DNA of 56,470 nt, the filler included, from Sphacelaria rigidula (taxonomy: Eukaryota): the NCBI GenBank assembly GCA_964200075.2. It is 4 parts of 4 records of this genome, joined end to end, with 100 filler letters (N's around TTAATTAATTAA, not from the genome) between each part and the next. Parts side by side here need not be neighbours in the genome. Positions count along the whole stretch, not along the records: positions 1 to 14,045 come from CAXNAA020002488.1; positions 14,146 to 28,189 come from CAXNAA020002489.1; 2 more parts are not named here. The stretch is one strand, 5' to 3'. Of the stretch, positions 11,699 through 24,275 are shown piece by piece. The notes beneath the pieces are model-generated. The model saw only the letters and a program-made list of their open reading frames with translations, did not search any database and had not been told where the DNA came from. Position 1 is the first letter of the stretch, and every line of letters starts with the position of its first letter. Position numbers and translations under genes: made by a program.

Positions 11699-13310
11699 TT
11701 CAATATATATTGTGCATGCCGGCCGTGCATGTATTGAAGTGTCAATATATATATATCGAGTCGAAGAGATGCGTAGCATATTGTTACCATATTATATATT
11801 GAATGCAAACCATGCAAAAGTATTGTTTTTTCAATATATATTGCGTACGCTCATCGCATACCTATTGTGCAGCCAATGTATATTGAACACGCTTGAGGAG
11901 GAATATATTAAGCGTTTTCGGCATGTGGTGATACGTCTTTGAATAGTGCCCGCGAACATAGAACTGTCCTCCATACTAATTCCAATACACTTTCCAATAT
12001 AAATTTGGAAAATCCATATATATATATCCAATATGTATTGTGACCGTCGGTTCCCTCGTGTATCGTCCGCCCAATATATATTGGACGCATTGGCGCACGA
12101 CATTATGGGGCGGCAATATATATTGGCGCTTCGGGTGTTGAGTATATTAAATAATCAATATATATTGACCTCGTGTGACAGCCAGTATATTATTCGACAT
12201 AATATATATATATATATATATTGGTGCCTTCTCGCACAGACATATTACTCGGACAATATATATTGAGATGGCGCGTGTCGTGATATATTGTTCGGTCGAT
12301 ATATATTGAATGTCGCGAGCCTTGACATATTGATGGCATAATATGTGTTGTCCCTCTCTCGTGCCATCATATTGCTCGCCCAACATATATTGACCGCCCG
12401 ACGCGTCGACATGTTGAGCGGGCAATATATTACCTATTTTGTCATTCCCCGTTCTCTTCCCATCGTCCTCCCGCATAATGTTACCATTCCCATAAATGTT
12501 TGGCGCGTTTTATAATACATATTGTGTATCGAAACACCTTTATCTTCTCTGTACGTCGCTGAAGGGGGAATCGTACGTGCTGCTGTACCCGTTCATCGGG
12601 CACGCTAGTATTTAATTGATCGATCGACCGTGTACTATGACAAGTGTCGAGAAAAGGGCCGAATTGACCGTTAAGAGAAAGCAGCTTCGCGAATAAATGA
12701 AGAAAGAGCTCGATCGAGTGAAGCCCGTATACGTTTGACTGAGATGGGCAGAACGCTACAATATGTCATTGAGTCTTTGAGACAAAAGGCAGGAGGAAGA
12801 GAAGGAGAAAGTCTAAAAAGAACAACAGCGTCGTGAGTCGGTGAAGCAACTCGGGTTGGGGAGGCAGGTGCTGCCTGTTGTAAGGCTGAGTAGCTTCAAA
12901 CCAGCAGCGACCTCCTTTGATACCGTTCGAAGATCAGCGTAAGCTGCGAGCCTTAGAGCGGGTGGTATTGGCTTCGGCGCCTGGTCAAGGCTTCACAGCT
13001 TCCAAAAAGGAGGCGAGGTGGTAGACTTTCACGAAAGTGCAGCAGGTGAATACACCCGTGGTGTCAGCCAGATGATAATGTGATAGTCTTGGCTTGAATA
13101 TTGAATCTGGTGTAGGCGGTGTATTACCTGATGAAGCAGAAACGATCTGGGCTTCACTGCCTGTGTGTTGTGTGCAGAGTGGGTTAGTACCGGCGACAGT
13201 AAGCCCATAAGGGGATAAACCACGAGTTCGTCACCTGTCGAGTGTGTTAGCTGGGAGGGTAACACGCCCAAATCCCTGGTGAAGGCATCCCTGTCTGATA
13301 TAGTTTTGAG

Positions 13311-13365
13311 TGGGGGGGGCGTACTCATTTGTTGCTTGCCTTAGTCATTTGACCATTGACCATAT
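13311..13365 (+). repeat. G-run-headed dispersed repeat
   Basis: GGGGGGGGCGTACTCATTTGTTGCTTGCCTTAGTCATTTGACCATTGACC. Related copies at 28073-28189 (-), 28338-28450 (+) and 48171-48215 (+). Confidence 0.7.
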
Positions 13366-13493
13366 AGTTTTGAGTGGGGAAGCCGATGGACAGTTGTTAC
13401 AGCCCGACGGTAGCGAAGCTGATGGCGTGGAGGATGTAATGCGTGGGAGAATCGCGTGTTTTTTGGACCACATCGGAGTTTAAATACCCTTAT

Positions 13494-13561
13494 GGTTAGG
13501 GTTAGGGTTTGGATTAGGTTTAGTGTTAGGGTTAATGTTAGTGTTAGGGTTAGTGTTAGGG
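13494..13561 (+). repeat. Degenerate interstitial telomere-like (TTAGGG)n tract
   Basis: About 11 hexamers: TTAGGG, TTAGTG, TTTGGA and TTAATG variants. Confidence 0.75.
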
Positions 13562-14045
13562 CTTTCCTGGGTCGGTAGAGGTGGGCCAAGTGAAAGCGCC
13601 ACAGAACGTATGTGAAGGACCTTGTGGTATGCAGCAGTGAGGAGTGTGCTAAGATCCGATTATCTTCGCTTCTTAAGTTTAGTTACAGAGATACTGTATT
13701 ATGCGACCATGTAGCGCACAAAAGGCACCCTCGTGCCTGACGAGTATTTCGGACGCCTGTCTTGTCGTTAATCCAACCATCGAATTGTATTATGTGATGT
13801 GTGACGGGCGTTGTTTCTTCTGTCTTCGCGGAATGTACGTTGGGCAGTGGCGGACCGTTCGGTCAAGAATTTATGGATGTCCAGGCATCAAATTATTCAG
13901 GGTACTCCTCGGTAATTTACCGTCAACAGGTGGTAATTGTTTTTAATCAACATACTGGCCGCAAGAAAAAAAATTACCAAAAACAAATGTGATGGCGAAA
14001 AAGAGGACGGGAAGGGCCTTCCTTCAGGCGGTCTCGAACTAGATC

Positions 14046-14145
14046 NNNNNNNNNNNNNNNNNNNNNNNNNNNNNNNNNNNNNNNNNNNNTTAATTAATTA
14101 ANNNNNNNNNNNNNNNNNNNNNNNNNNNNNNNNNNNNNNNNNNNN
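14046..14145. other. Artificial contig spacer
   Basis: 44 N + TTAATTAATTAA (stops in all six frames) + 44 N. Confidence 0.97.
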
Positions 14146-15948
14146 GTCAGGGAAAGCACGGCTTTTGAGGTGAACCTCATTTTTTTTTTCAACCCCATTT
14201 TCGAAAATCGGCTGTTAAGTATTGCTTTCACGTTTGTCCTCCTGCTTGGGACCCTCATTGATGCGATGTTTCCGAGCTATACAACGTTCCCGTCGTCCAA
14301 AAATTAGAGAAATGGCGTCGAGCCTGCATCACCTTTACGCCACCGCAAAACCTACACCTGAGATCTAGAGACAAACTCGACACAAGTCAAGGTGATGATT
14401 GAAACTGACACTTGACGCAAGCAGCTTGTGCTATGGATGAAGAAGCCACACGCCTGTCATGAGAGACTGCCTCTCAGCTTCGTCACCGCTAACTTGAATC
14501 TAATGGGATGCATCGAGCTTGCTGTTAATCTCAGGCGAGATTGGTTGGAGCAATCTGACTCGTGTCACGGACTAGTGCCCCCATTCTCGAGACACTTGCG
14601 CTCACCTTGCGCATGTGATGAAAACAGCAAATGATGACACAACCCGTCTTGGCTTGAAAGATCGACTTGCAACTCTCTGATTGGCCGACAATAAAAATGA
14701 GAAAATTGGATCGGCCGATATCCCTTGGTCGACGGCTGACATCATCCATGGCCCATTGAAGGGCGTACTCATTTGCCCGTTGAAGGGGGGGGGACTTTTT
14801 GTCCGGTGTACATGCTTACGCTCACCCTACCTTGACGGTCCCCCTGTAACACCGAATAGCAAGTCAGGCGCGTTAGAACATGAAAAGTCGCATTCTGACA
14901 ACGACTTCAATCTAGCACCACCCTGGACATAACGAAGTGCTCAATTACATGGAGCTAGAGATGCAAACGCGGTACACGACAAAGGACCAAGTAGCTGTGT
15001 CATAGATAACGGAGCACTTGCGGACATTCATCAAACACCACACCGAGGCAAGTTACGACACCCTATACCGGATCCAAATATTTCGTGCGGGTTAGTTAGT
15101 ACCAGCCGAGCACACTAGAGAGTTCCATTGTGCCTCAAGAATCGAAAGGAATGCGTCGCTAAGGGACAGCACGTAAAAGGGGCAATCTCGTTTTCAAGCA
15201 CCAAAACACAATAATTTCAGTAAGCACAAGGCACAAGCAAACCAACAAGTCGAGCACACATACCTTTCGACTTACTTCCACATAACAGCCAACACCCTCT
15301 CTTACGAAATACCTCCTGATGGGAAAATGTATGCTGCTTCAACATATGAACATCCACTTGGGATATGTTTTCACCTCGACGCCATGACAACTTGAAATTC
15401 AGAATCATTGGGACGATCGCTGAGCAAAGATATCGAAAAACGTGAACACGGTAGCCCAAGCTCAACCAACACAACCTGCCGAGCGCTCAGCAGCCCATGA
15501 CCAACCAACACGACAGTCTGCTTGAGCGGGTACATGGCCGTTCTACCCGACAATCCACGGTACCCGGTTTGCTGCCTTGTTAACCCCTACCAGCACACAG
15601 GAATATCTTTACTACACCAAATCCGCCCCCTAAATATGCCACCTTCGCATTCGGTGCTGTTGCATGCTGCCCGTGCTGTATGCGCCTGCTGACCCTCTTC
15701 GTGTCACACTCGGCAAAAAGCCAAGAAGAAAAGCCTCCGTCACGATGCAGTGTCGGCCGATCAGAAACACGAGGGCAGCCAAGTAACAGATACAGAAACT
15801 TAAGATTCAGAAGCACATGGGACCAAAACCAATCTCGGAGTCAGAACTTATAGAATGCCCTATACCCTATACTTCGCAATTGTACACCGCACGGCATAAG
15901 CGACATGCCATATTTCCCCCTCGTAGTTCAAAACGTTGGCCTTCAACG

Positions 15949-18881
15949 TTACACGTCCTGCTGTCGCAAAAAATGGGCCCACACGATACGCGCGAACAAG
16001 ATACCGAGCTCGTCGGGCGGACCGGGCATGCAGTAGTGCGTATCGCCAGCTCGACCCTCCACAAAGCGATGGGAAAATTCCTTCACTGGTTTCAAGTGAG
16101 TACGCATCATCGTGGACATGTCAAACTGGATAACATCGATGTCTCGAAGAGCCTTGCCGCGCGGTCCCGTGTAAATGGTGTTGCGGTTGTAGAACTTGCT
16201 CAGCCAGACCAGAAGAGTCTCCGATTCTTTCAAGGCTCGCGCGGACTCATGGAGGTCCTTGAACGACATCTCTTTCCCATTCCCGCCGTTCGAAAAGACG
16301 ACATCAACGTCCACCAGGTCGAGCCCCATGCTGGCAATTTCCCTCAGTATATTTTTGGACATAATATGTTCATCGCTGAACTTGTAGTGGATGCTTGCTC
16401 CGTTACGGAGAGTAAACGAGGACGTATCATCCCGGCAGCTGCGCGCATCACGTGCGGGGGACAGGGATGATGCACAGGGGCCATAGAGAGGGGAAGGGTC
16501 GTGTTGAGTTCCGAGTCACGTACCAAGGGTATGAGCATCACGGCAAGCGCTTCAGTCGCAGTTTGCAGGCTTCCGCTGGCGAATCCGAAACCACGTGAGT
16601 CGTCGACGGCGAAATCACAAAAAGGATAGTATATTAACCCTAAGGAGAATATGTACCTTTGCTAGATTTATGTCTTGACCAGAGGCGCAAGCGCAAAGGA
16701 TCAGCTCATACGGGCTGCGACGGTGATACCGTGAACTCAAACGCAGTACAAGCCTTTTCGTCAAGGTCAAGCAAGCAAAAGGAGCCGATACACGGCAGCC
16801 TAAATGGACAAGAGGCATCCGACCCCAAGAGTAGTCCAATGCGTTTTCTTTCCTTTTCCGGTCGCTTCTTCTCCTCCAACCCATACACACGGCGCCAGTA
16901 TTGGCCATGAACGCAGGTTCGCTCACAACTACGCGCAGTTGTGGTGGAAATGACGACAGCAGATGGCAGAAAACAGCAACTAAACAGCTATATCTCTCGT
17001 GCGCTTCTTTGAGCCCCAACCAAAGGGCAAAACGTAAGTAAAATGGCTCCTGCGGTATGCGCCACAGTGGGTTCGTGGGTGGAGGCGTGATGATTCAAGG
17101 CGCAGGTCCGATTGGAAGCAAGTCAAAACTGCTGCTGCTACGCGACGGTAGTTCCCAAGTATAGGCTGTCGCACATTGACGGTGATTGATTCGCCTTGAA
17201 TCATAATCCAGCCACAGTCAGTCAATATTCACAAGTCAGGCGTACCCCAGGTACACAATCGGGAACGCTGGCGAAAAATGCTTGAGGAAGCAAGACAATC
17301 AACGCAGAGGAAACAAACTGGTGGATTCGAACGAGGGGGGGGAGTTCAAGAACAGAACCGGGGAAATTAAGAGACAGATATGTCGTTTCTGATGGTTATT
17401 CACTATTTTTACTCTATTCTTCTGTTCTACTTTTTCTGCATCCTTTCATTTTTCGAGCGAGTGTTCTAGTTTCGTATTTGTCTCGAGTACGTCCATCATG
17501 TGGATAACGACCACGACTGCATCATGACTTGTAGGGGGTCAGTTGAAGTGCGACAATCAATAACAAACCAACCAATCGACCAGCTAAGATCTAGCACCGG
17601 TGACGACTAAACACAACCGGCAGCTGTACAACAATTTAAGTACCACAAGGACGTGAAACAGGCTGCGACTCAGATACTCAGGACCACTGTTTGCGGACGA
17701 ACGATCGCTCACTCACGAGAGCGACAGACGAAGGACTATCGGCGGCAGCAGAAAAACAAGACACTACATACAGCACAGTGCGCCTCAGTTTCAGAACCAT
17801 ACAAAGTGTCGGTAACCCTTTTATCATTGTCCCAGTCTACAGCCCATTAAAAATAGAGGTGTATATCGACATCGATTCACTTGATACTATCGGTCGAAAT
17901 ATGATGTATCGAACATCGAGAAATTGGACCGACAGTTTGCCACCCATAGTTTGGGTGAGGGGTGTTATACGGGTGTGGGCAATTGTGGTGAGAAATGAAG
18001 CGAAACGCCCCAACTTTCCTGCTTCCGTCGACCTGCGTGGTGCGCTCGCCGATGGTTTTTACGATATGTGCTCATTTTCTTGCCATTTATTGGCTTCGCC
18101 GACCTCCGAGATGCATCATTATCCCATTTACTGCTACCCCGATGCGCACCTCTCGTTTTAACCGGGCAAGCTACTCTGTAATACCTGTACTGCGAGAAGT
18201 GGGGCAGACTGCGTAGGGTGCTGTACGTTACAAACCACGGTGCAGTTGTATGATAATGGGCTCGTGAACTCACTTGAAGGCGTGCCGTGATGCCTTTGTA
18301 TCGAAGCAGTTGTGATTCACAAGCTGTTGTTTCATGATAGGGTCATATCCCCTGCACTGTTCGTCCAATCCAATCATCTTTCGCTTCTCTGTTGAATCTT
18401 GAAAGTCGGTCCGAGCGGAGCAATTTCTCGACACCACCTGGTCAGCAAACTGACACAAGAGGGCTTCCACGGGTTGTCTGGTGTGCGAGTTTCCGAAGAC
18501 AAAGACGGTGTAGCCTGGCGGGAACACGTCTTCCATAATGGTTTCCATCCGTGTGGGGGTACATTCCCCGCCCGCAACGGCGTGGGGCTGCCAAACGTAG
18601 CTGTGACGTTCCTCCGGGAGATGTGGACAGAAGTATCTGGCTTTGTAGTAGGGGCACGAGCAGTCGTAAGACGGACGAACCTCGTCCGTGCCTCGAATCC
18701 ATCCCCCAGGTTGACCAGGACCGGCGTGTCCTACCAGCTGTGTAACCGTACATGGCGGTGGTTCCCCATTGGTGTCGGAGGTGCTTTCAGGACCGTGTTG
18801 TTTCACCGCTATCGTGGCTCCTTCGCCTCTTGCCGTCAGTAACATCGCGCTCACCAGCAGGATACCGACGCTAGGCACCAT
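15949..18881 (-). CDS. TBL / PC-esterase (SGNH, Cas1p-related) family putative polysaccharide O-acetyltransferase or esterase, ~365 aa, N-terminal signal or anchor
   Basis: Exon 1 is 18881-18274 (MVPSVGILLVSAMLL...; PMR5N-like GGWIRG..YDCSCP..RYFCP..YVWQP..C; VFVFGNSHTRQ; donor AA|GTGAGT). Exon 2 is 16438-15949 (CAG acceptor, phases match; GDTHYCMPGPPDELG, compare plant DCxHWCLPGxxD). The frame stays open upstream to 19097, so the true start is uncertain. Confidence 0.75.
17440..17580 (+). repeat. LINE-tail-like dispersed repeat (copy 4), in the intron of the TBL-like gene
   Basis: GTGGATAACGACCACGACTGCATCATGACTTGTAGGGGGTCAGTTGAAGTGCGACAATCAATAACAAACCAACCAATC. Confidence 0.55.
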
Positions 18882-19234
18882 GGTGCCATCAACGAAGCTA
18901 GCCTCGAGGCCTGTGCGTGCAAGCGTGTCATTTCCAAACTCGAGGCCATTAGCATTCGAAGTCACGACAAATCGGGGTAGGAATACGGGCTGCTGCGGCA
19001 ATGATCCGTTCCCGTAAAACACAGAGTCCAACACGTAACCGCACGCTGGACACCAACCGCCAGCAGACGGTTGCAAAAACCTAGACGATGCAGTCAATAT
19101 TCGTTGTGTTTGAATGAAGTCGTTGCAACAAAAGATAGCGGTACAATCTATTACGGTTCAACGAAACAACGAAGCATGTAAGCCGTTTCAGTCGTATCTT
19201 TTTCACAGAGACTACCTCTTTTGTGTTGATTTGT

Positions 19235-20678
19235 CACTGTTCAAATCGGATATCGATACTCGATACGATTTCGCTAGTATCGGTCGATACGGCAAATCGG
19301 TATCGCCGCTTCCCAAGCCGATATTTTTCGATACGTATCAATATCAACATCGATATCGGATATTGATATAGTCGAGATATATATATATATATATATACCT
19401 TTTTTTTACCGGGGGGGGGGTAGACAGCACATCGTCCCACCGCCCATCACCTCACTGCCCACCACCCCGCCACCCACCACACATCACACACAACACACAA
19501 CACACAGCCACTTGCTGCGAACCACACCGGTCTGCACCATGAGCCGCCTTCGCTTTTTGAAAGGCGGTAGCCTGTTTGGAAATTCGGAGCGGGTATTCTC
19601 GGCCGCCGGCAACATCATCACGAAGAAACGCAACAAGTTGGGCACCGAAGCAATCCATAGCTTGGTGTTTCTTCATGGGTGCAATGGAGTCGGGTGGCAA
19701 ATGGGCGATTTGAATCCGAGGGCTGAAAAACGAAATCGCTCACAAGCAATCGCCGCAGTGGAGCCAACTTGTATCTGTGTCCGGCGTTTCTGCAGTGTTT
19801 GCACGTTGCAGTTAATAGTTTAGCGGTATATCTCGTGCAGGACATCAGAAAGGGGTCGAAAGAGTACCGCGGGTGCCTCGGGAATGCTTCAAGTCGGCGG
19901 GAGTGTTTTCGCGTGTGAGGGTAGACGGCCATCTCTTCTACAAGCGTTGGAATTATATTACTTTGGCTCTTAGGTGTCTGGAGAGTATACTTCGTCGTGT
20001 AGCCGACCATGAACAAATGGGACCTATGCTGCCGACTTATCCTTTGTTTGGTATGGAGAACAGAAGAAGCGAGCGCGCATTTGCATTCATCATCTATCGC
20101 CCAGCTCCGACGTTTGGCGCGTTTGCTGTTGAATAATGAGTGCGTTCGCAGTGCGCAGTGCGCAGTGCGCAGAACAGAGATAAATGCTCAAATTCGATAG
20201 AAACGTGACGGAATGGTGGCCGCGGAATATACTTCGATATATCACTGGCTTGAACAACACATTTTTTATCATGCATCACGCCTCGAGTTGTGATCAATTA
20301 CCTCTTTTGCGACATGCCCCTTGCACGATGAACCATTTTTGTCAAACCGACGTATCACGCCGCGTGTTGTGCCGCCATTTCTATGATGTCAGATACCAAA
20401 TCACCAATAATCACACACTAGTGCTGCTGTACCTTGATACAATCAGGCGTGCACCCACTCTGGGTTAGGTTGCTAGTGTCAGTGTAGTACCGTGAGCTCT
20501 TGCAAGCTGTGTCCCCACCAAGACAGCCGTATCGTATCGTATCGAGTGTCAGTATCGAGTATCGATACGTATCGGGTCATTTTTCGCGTATCAAAAAAAA
20601 TATCGGTATCGACGTCTTGAGGTCGGTACGTTGAAAATATCGTATCGAACTTTTTTTTCCGTTCGATATTCAACACTG
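19235..20678 (+). mobile_element. hAT transposon deletion derivative (1444 bp) retaining a transposase C-terminal dimerisation fragment
   Basis: Imperfect TIRs CACTGTTCAAATCG and CGATATTCAACACTG. 8-bp TSD TGATTTGT / TGATTTAT (7 of 8 match). Dense CGATAC/GTATCG subterminal repeats. Peptide SERVFSAAGNIITKKRNKLGTEAIHSLVFLH at ~19584-19676. Confidence 0.9.
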
Positions 20679-22589
20679 TGATTTATAGCCTACCTGTGTG
20701 AATGGCGTTTCAGGTAGGATGTTGCTAGGGTGGGCGTGTTGCCATGATTTGTCAATGAAAGATACTCTAGCAGATGAATGCATATTCATCATTTAGGCCA
20801 CGTAAGCTACAGGATATATTGTGTGCAACTTTGCAGTTAATCTAAGCTGGCAAGGCTACCGCGTCAGCAATAGCGAGGTTAAATTGAATGATACGATTAG
20901 ACCTTACGTACGTGTAGAGTGTTTGATTCTTCTTCCAGGATTGAGCATGATTGTAATCGGTAGTTCATATCGCCCTTGCAATCACTCTCCCAAGGTTACC
21001 ATGCTTACCCAGCTCTTCTTCATTTCCTCAGCACTCTGCTTGCAAAAGAGGCTGCCTGGATTTTGTTCGGCCAAAGCGAGAGCCCCCAACACCATTTTTG
21101 TCTTTGAACTTTCTGTCCGCTGCAGAAGCAAGTGGCTTGACTACCACTGTGCAACCTCTGCTATACTACTGTCTCTGCGACAGTAGTCGGTCTGTTTCGA
21201 GAACAGTGCCAAACGCCACGAGCCACCAAATATCTCCAACACAGACGCCTACTTTGACAAAGCGATTACGCCACGGGGACCCGACGCAACGTGCAACAAT
21301 CCAACTCGACCGTAGGAGGATAGGGGGCAAGTTAAGGTTACGCTGGTCCTCGCGAGTGCTGTGCTGCCAGGATGCATGCGCAGGCATTGATATATGCTCT
21401 CTCCTTTGACAGGCTCGCTGGAAACAGAGCTGAATTCGCACGGCATCATGCGGCGAAACACTGCTGTGCGGTACGCGACTCGTGCGAAGCATCAAGTGAT
21501 ACTACTGCAGACGAAAATCAAAACTGCCCTCCCTTCTGGTGTTGATCTTGTCGACGCACGTGTGCTTTCTAGAGCTTCGCTGCGCGTATTTCGTTTCATC
21601 AATCGGGTGCAAATGAGCATAAGCTCCGACGCGTAACACGCCGTCAGCAGCGGATATCTCGGCACGTCCCAGGAGGCGCGTCCAGGACCGTGAAGGGTTG
21701 AACATAGCAGCGGAGTGTGCGATGCGGAACTCCTGGGAACAAAAGCCATATAGGCTACAAACAAGTCAAAAAAACAACTGTCCGGTGATTTGACCCCATG
21801 ATACGTTAATCATGAACAAGCAGAAATTCCGTCCACCTGTCCACGGTGCCCATGGTCAGTTGGCTGGGTACTCGGGTCGGACGTGTCCTTGAGTACTCGT
21901 ACGGGTTGGTTTCCTGTGTACCGAGCGATTTGATCTTCCCGCGTGCATCAAAGTGCCGGTTCCCTTTCTCCCCGGCACCCCGGGCAATAAACCGCCCTAT
22001 CCCTCCCCGACAACGCCACTGGGCGGCCGATGGACTGACTCTTGAATCAGTTCCCCGACAAACCCACAGCGCGAAGGAAAAGTCGAGTATAAATATTGGC
22101 GCAGAAGCAACAATTGAACTATGTATTACCGATATTGCCGGAGAGAATACCCTCAGCAAGAGCCAACGCGTACGACGGAACGGCGGGTCGATAGCCATTG
22201 CATATCCTGTTGGCCCTCAAACGTACACACCGACAAAAACATAAAAACCCGACTGGAAAAGTACTGCTACAGTAAGAGGGGAGAATTGACGGCGACACCG
22301 CAAGAGTTGTGAAAAATAGGTGCATTGGTGATCGACCTGCAAGTAGCTCCAAGGAGGATCGTAGTGATTGTTGACGCAAGGCCCGAAGCATTCACGGTTT
22401 ATCTTCTGACACCTAGACCCCGCGCAGCACAAAAACGCGGGCTGACCGGCGACACAAGCCTCCAAGATATAAGATAAACATTCCAGGCTGCGTTGCTGCG
22501 GTGAGGCACTAACGCAGCTCCTACAAGAAATGTGTGAATCACGATGGAGTCGTCAGCAGTTTGTGAGTGTGCGTGGCACGGCGCCCGTC

Positions 22590-22933
22590 CGACGGAAATC
22601 ACCAGTAGATTTCACCGTCGTTGGGCTACAAATGACCATGGTTGATATTACTTGATTCGAGTGTGGACGATGAGAATCGATTTTCTTGTGCGGCAGACAG
22701 TCCCATGTGCTCCTCGCGTGCGCAGAGTGCGTTTTCGTTGAAATCGGCGCGACAGGCGCCGATTTGAGGTCTACCAAGGCCGGCCGCACTTCGCCTAGGG
22801 ATTTGTATGTACCGCCCTTGCCCGAGGGTTCTCGGTATGCGTTGAGTTGAGGTTAGGGTTTCAGGGGATAGTGATACTTGTAGAATTGTGTCTACCATGG
22901 ACATCTGTAGCCCAACGCCGATAAAGTAGCCTC
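22590..22933 (-). mobile_element. Non-autonomous element with subterminal inverted repeats (copy 2 of 3785-4120)
   Basis: TTTCACCGTCGTTGGGCTACA ... TGTAGCCCAACGCCGATAAA; the interior aligns with copy 1. Confidence 0.75.
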
Positions 22934-24275
22934 GAAATCACCATGTCTCATTCAGCTTTGAACCGATACAAAGCCGGGAATGCCGTGTACACTCCATCAA
23001 CTGCGACTGCTAGAGCTATGCATCATATATCCTGGGACAGTGGGATCAGAAGAGGTTGATGTACGCTCGCACCCCAGGTCCGGGCTGTCTGGCAAACGTA
23101 AACCACATCACATGGACCACTGGCCGTTGTTTTGTGTTCCATACCAAGCATGAAAACTCTTGACAGAACAGCCAAGGAGAAAAAAAATCAAAAACAATTA
23201 TGGAAAAGCTGGAGAGCAGAAAAAAAAGGCCCGTCATTTCTCTGCTTCTCTTGGGAATTCTTTTCTTTTTTTTTGCCTCGGAGCAGATCCACGACCACGT
23301 TAGCCAGTGCCGTGCACCGGGAATTCTCACTTTAAATGAACAAGAAATAGGCCTGCTGGAAATTCTGTGGAGAACCCGAATCCGAGGTGAGAAAAATTCG
23401 AAAAAGTGAAAATTACCGTTTTGTACATGCGGTGTGCGAAATTCGACGTATTGCAGATTGATGATCAATATTCCCAACCCGGAGACGATTATACGACATC
23501 GAATTAGTGGTGGGTAGACCTAAACCTTTTGAGAGAATTGGGTCCCGCCAGCAAGTACAAACGCCAGATGCAGGGTCCAGCCGCTACGACCCACGGGGTT
23601 TGAAGATTTTCGACCCATATCCGGGAAAATGTGGGGGAATGTAGACAATGATCGGCCCGACCAATTTTTCACCAACAGTAGGCAGTGTATCGATACTTCT
23701 TCCTAGCTATGGTTACCGCATTTGGATCACCCAATGAGCTTTCAAGTGAAAGCGCTGCCGTGTCAACGGATGGCCCCCCCTGGTGGTCAAAGAAGTTGAC
23801 GTTGCTGTAGACATGTACCCGAAAAAAAAGGTTTCAACATTCAAATCAAGTGCTCGCAGAACTGGTCACCACGGCCCTCACATTGCCGAGTTGCCCCTCT
23901 TCTAAAAATTTCCAACTTACACTTCAAATTACGAGTCTTGGGGGAAAATCGCTGGAAGCGTTGGTTTCGAGTATAGTGGTGGGGCAAGCCTGTAGCTTTC
24001 TCCAATTAGACGGCAAACTCCCCCCGAAGGACGCGGGCGTCGAAAATGCAAGTCAATTCAGATGCCATTGCGTTCCGTAGGGTATACCCAGAAGTGTCAA
24101 TGAACTTTCGTTAGCAAATGATTTCGGAATTTGTACCAGACGCTCTGGTATGATTCGGACGGAGATCGAGTCCTGTCTCGGACGTTCCGGTACTGTTCGC
24201 GAGACCGTTTTTTATGCAAGTCATCAAATATCTCGATCTGTGCGCAGATCGTAGGCCCTCAGGCCTTGTCTTAGC

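Larger units (their letters stand above)
8189..12445. mobile_element. Outer copy of a ~1.6-kb non-autonomous TIR element with CAATATATATTG repeat-spacer arrays, interrupted by nested insertions; right TIR degenerate
   Basis: Starts CACACCCTGGACAATACG at 8189. Segments 8189-8942 + 9721-9850 + 11699-12445 are collinear with the inner copy 9851-11698. Confidence 0.8.

Noticed and set aside
8189-12445. A true CRISPR array
   Set aside because: No cas genes, eukaryotic context, spacers only ~17 nt, variable positions inside the repeat, spacer order duplicated with the element, and the array is bounded by TIRs and a TSD.
10795-12476. ORFs with 14-residue 'QYIL' periodicity as a repeat protein
   Set aside because: They arise on both strands from the palindrome CAATATATATTG, are broken by frameshifts and are not conserved in frame between the two copies.
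13128-13160. Hammerhead ribozyme core (CTGATGA...GAAAC)
   Set aside because: No pairable stem II and no compatible stems I and III or cleavage triplet.
14090-14101. TTAATTAATTAA as a biological motif
   Set aside because: It is an identical six-frame stop linker centred in N runs at all three gaps.
15817-16470. 217-aa plus-strand ORF, and similar antisense ORFs such as 54214-54888
   Set aside because: These are shadows of real minus-strand exons.
21166-22198. Upstream exons of the TBL-like gene or a separate gene
   Set aside because: Short ORFs with no recognisable motif and no phase-consistent splice path.
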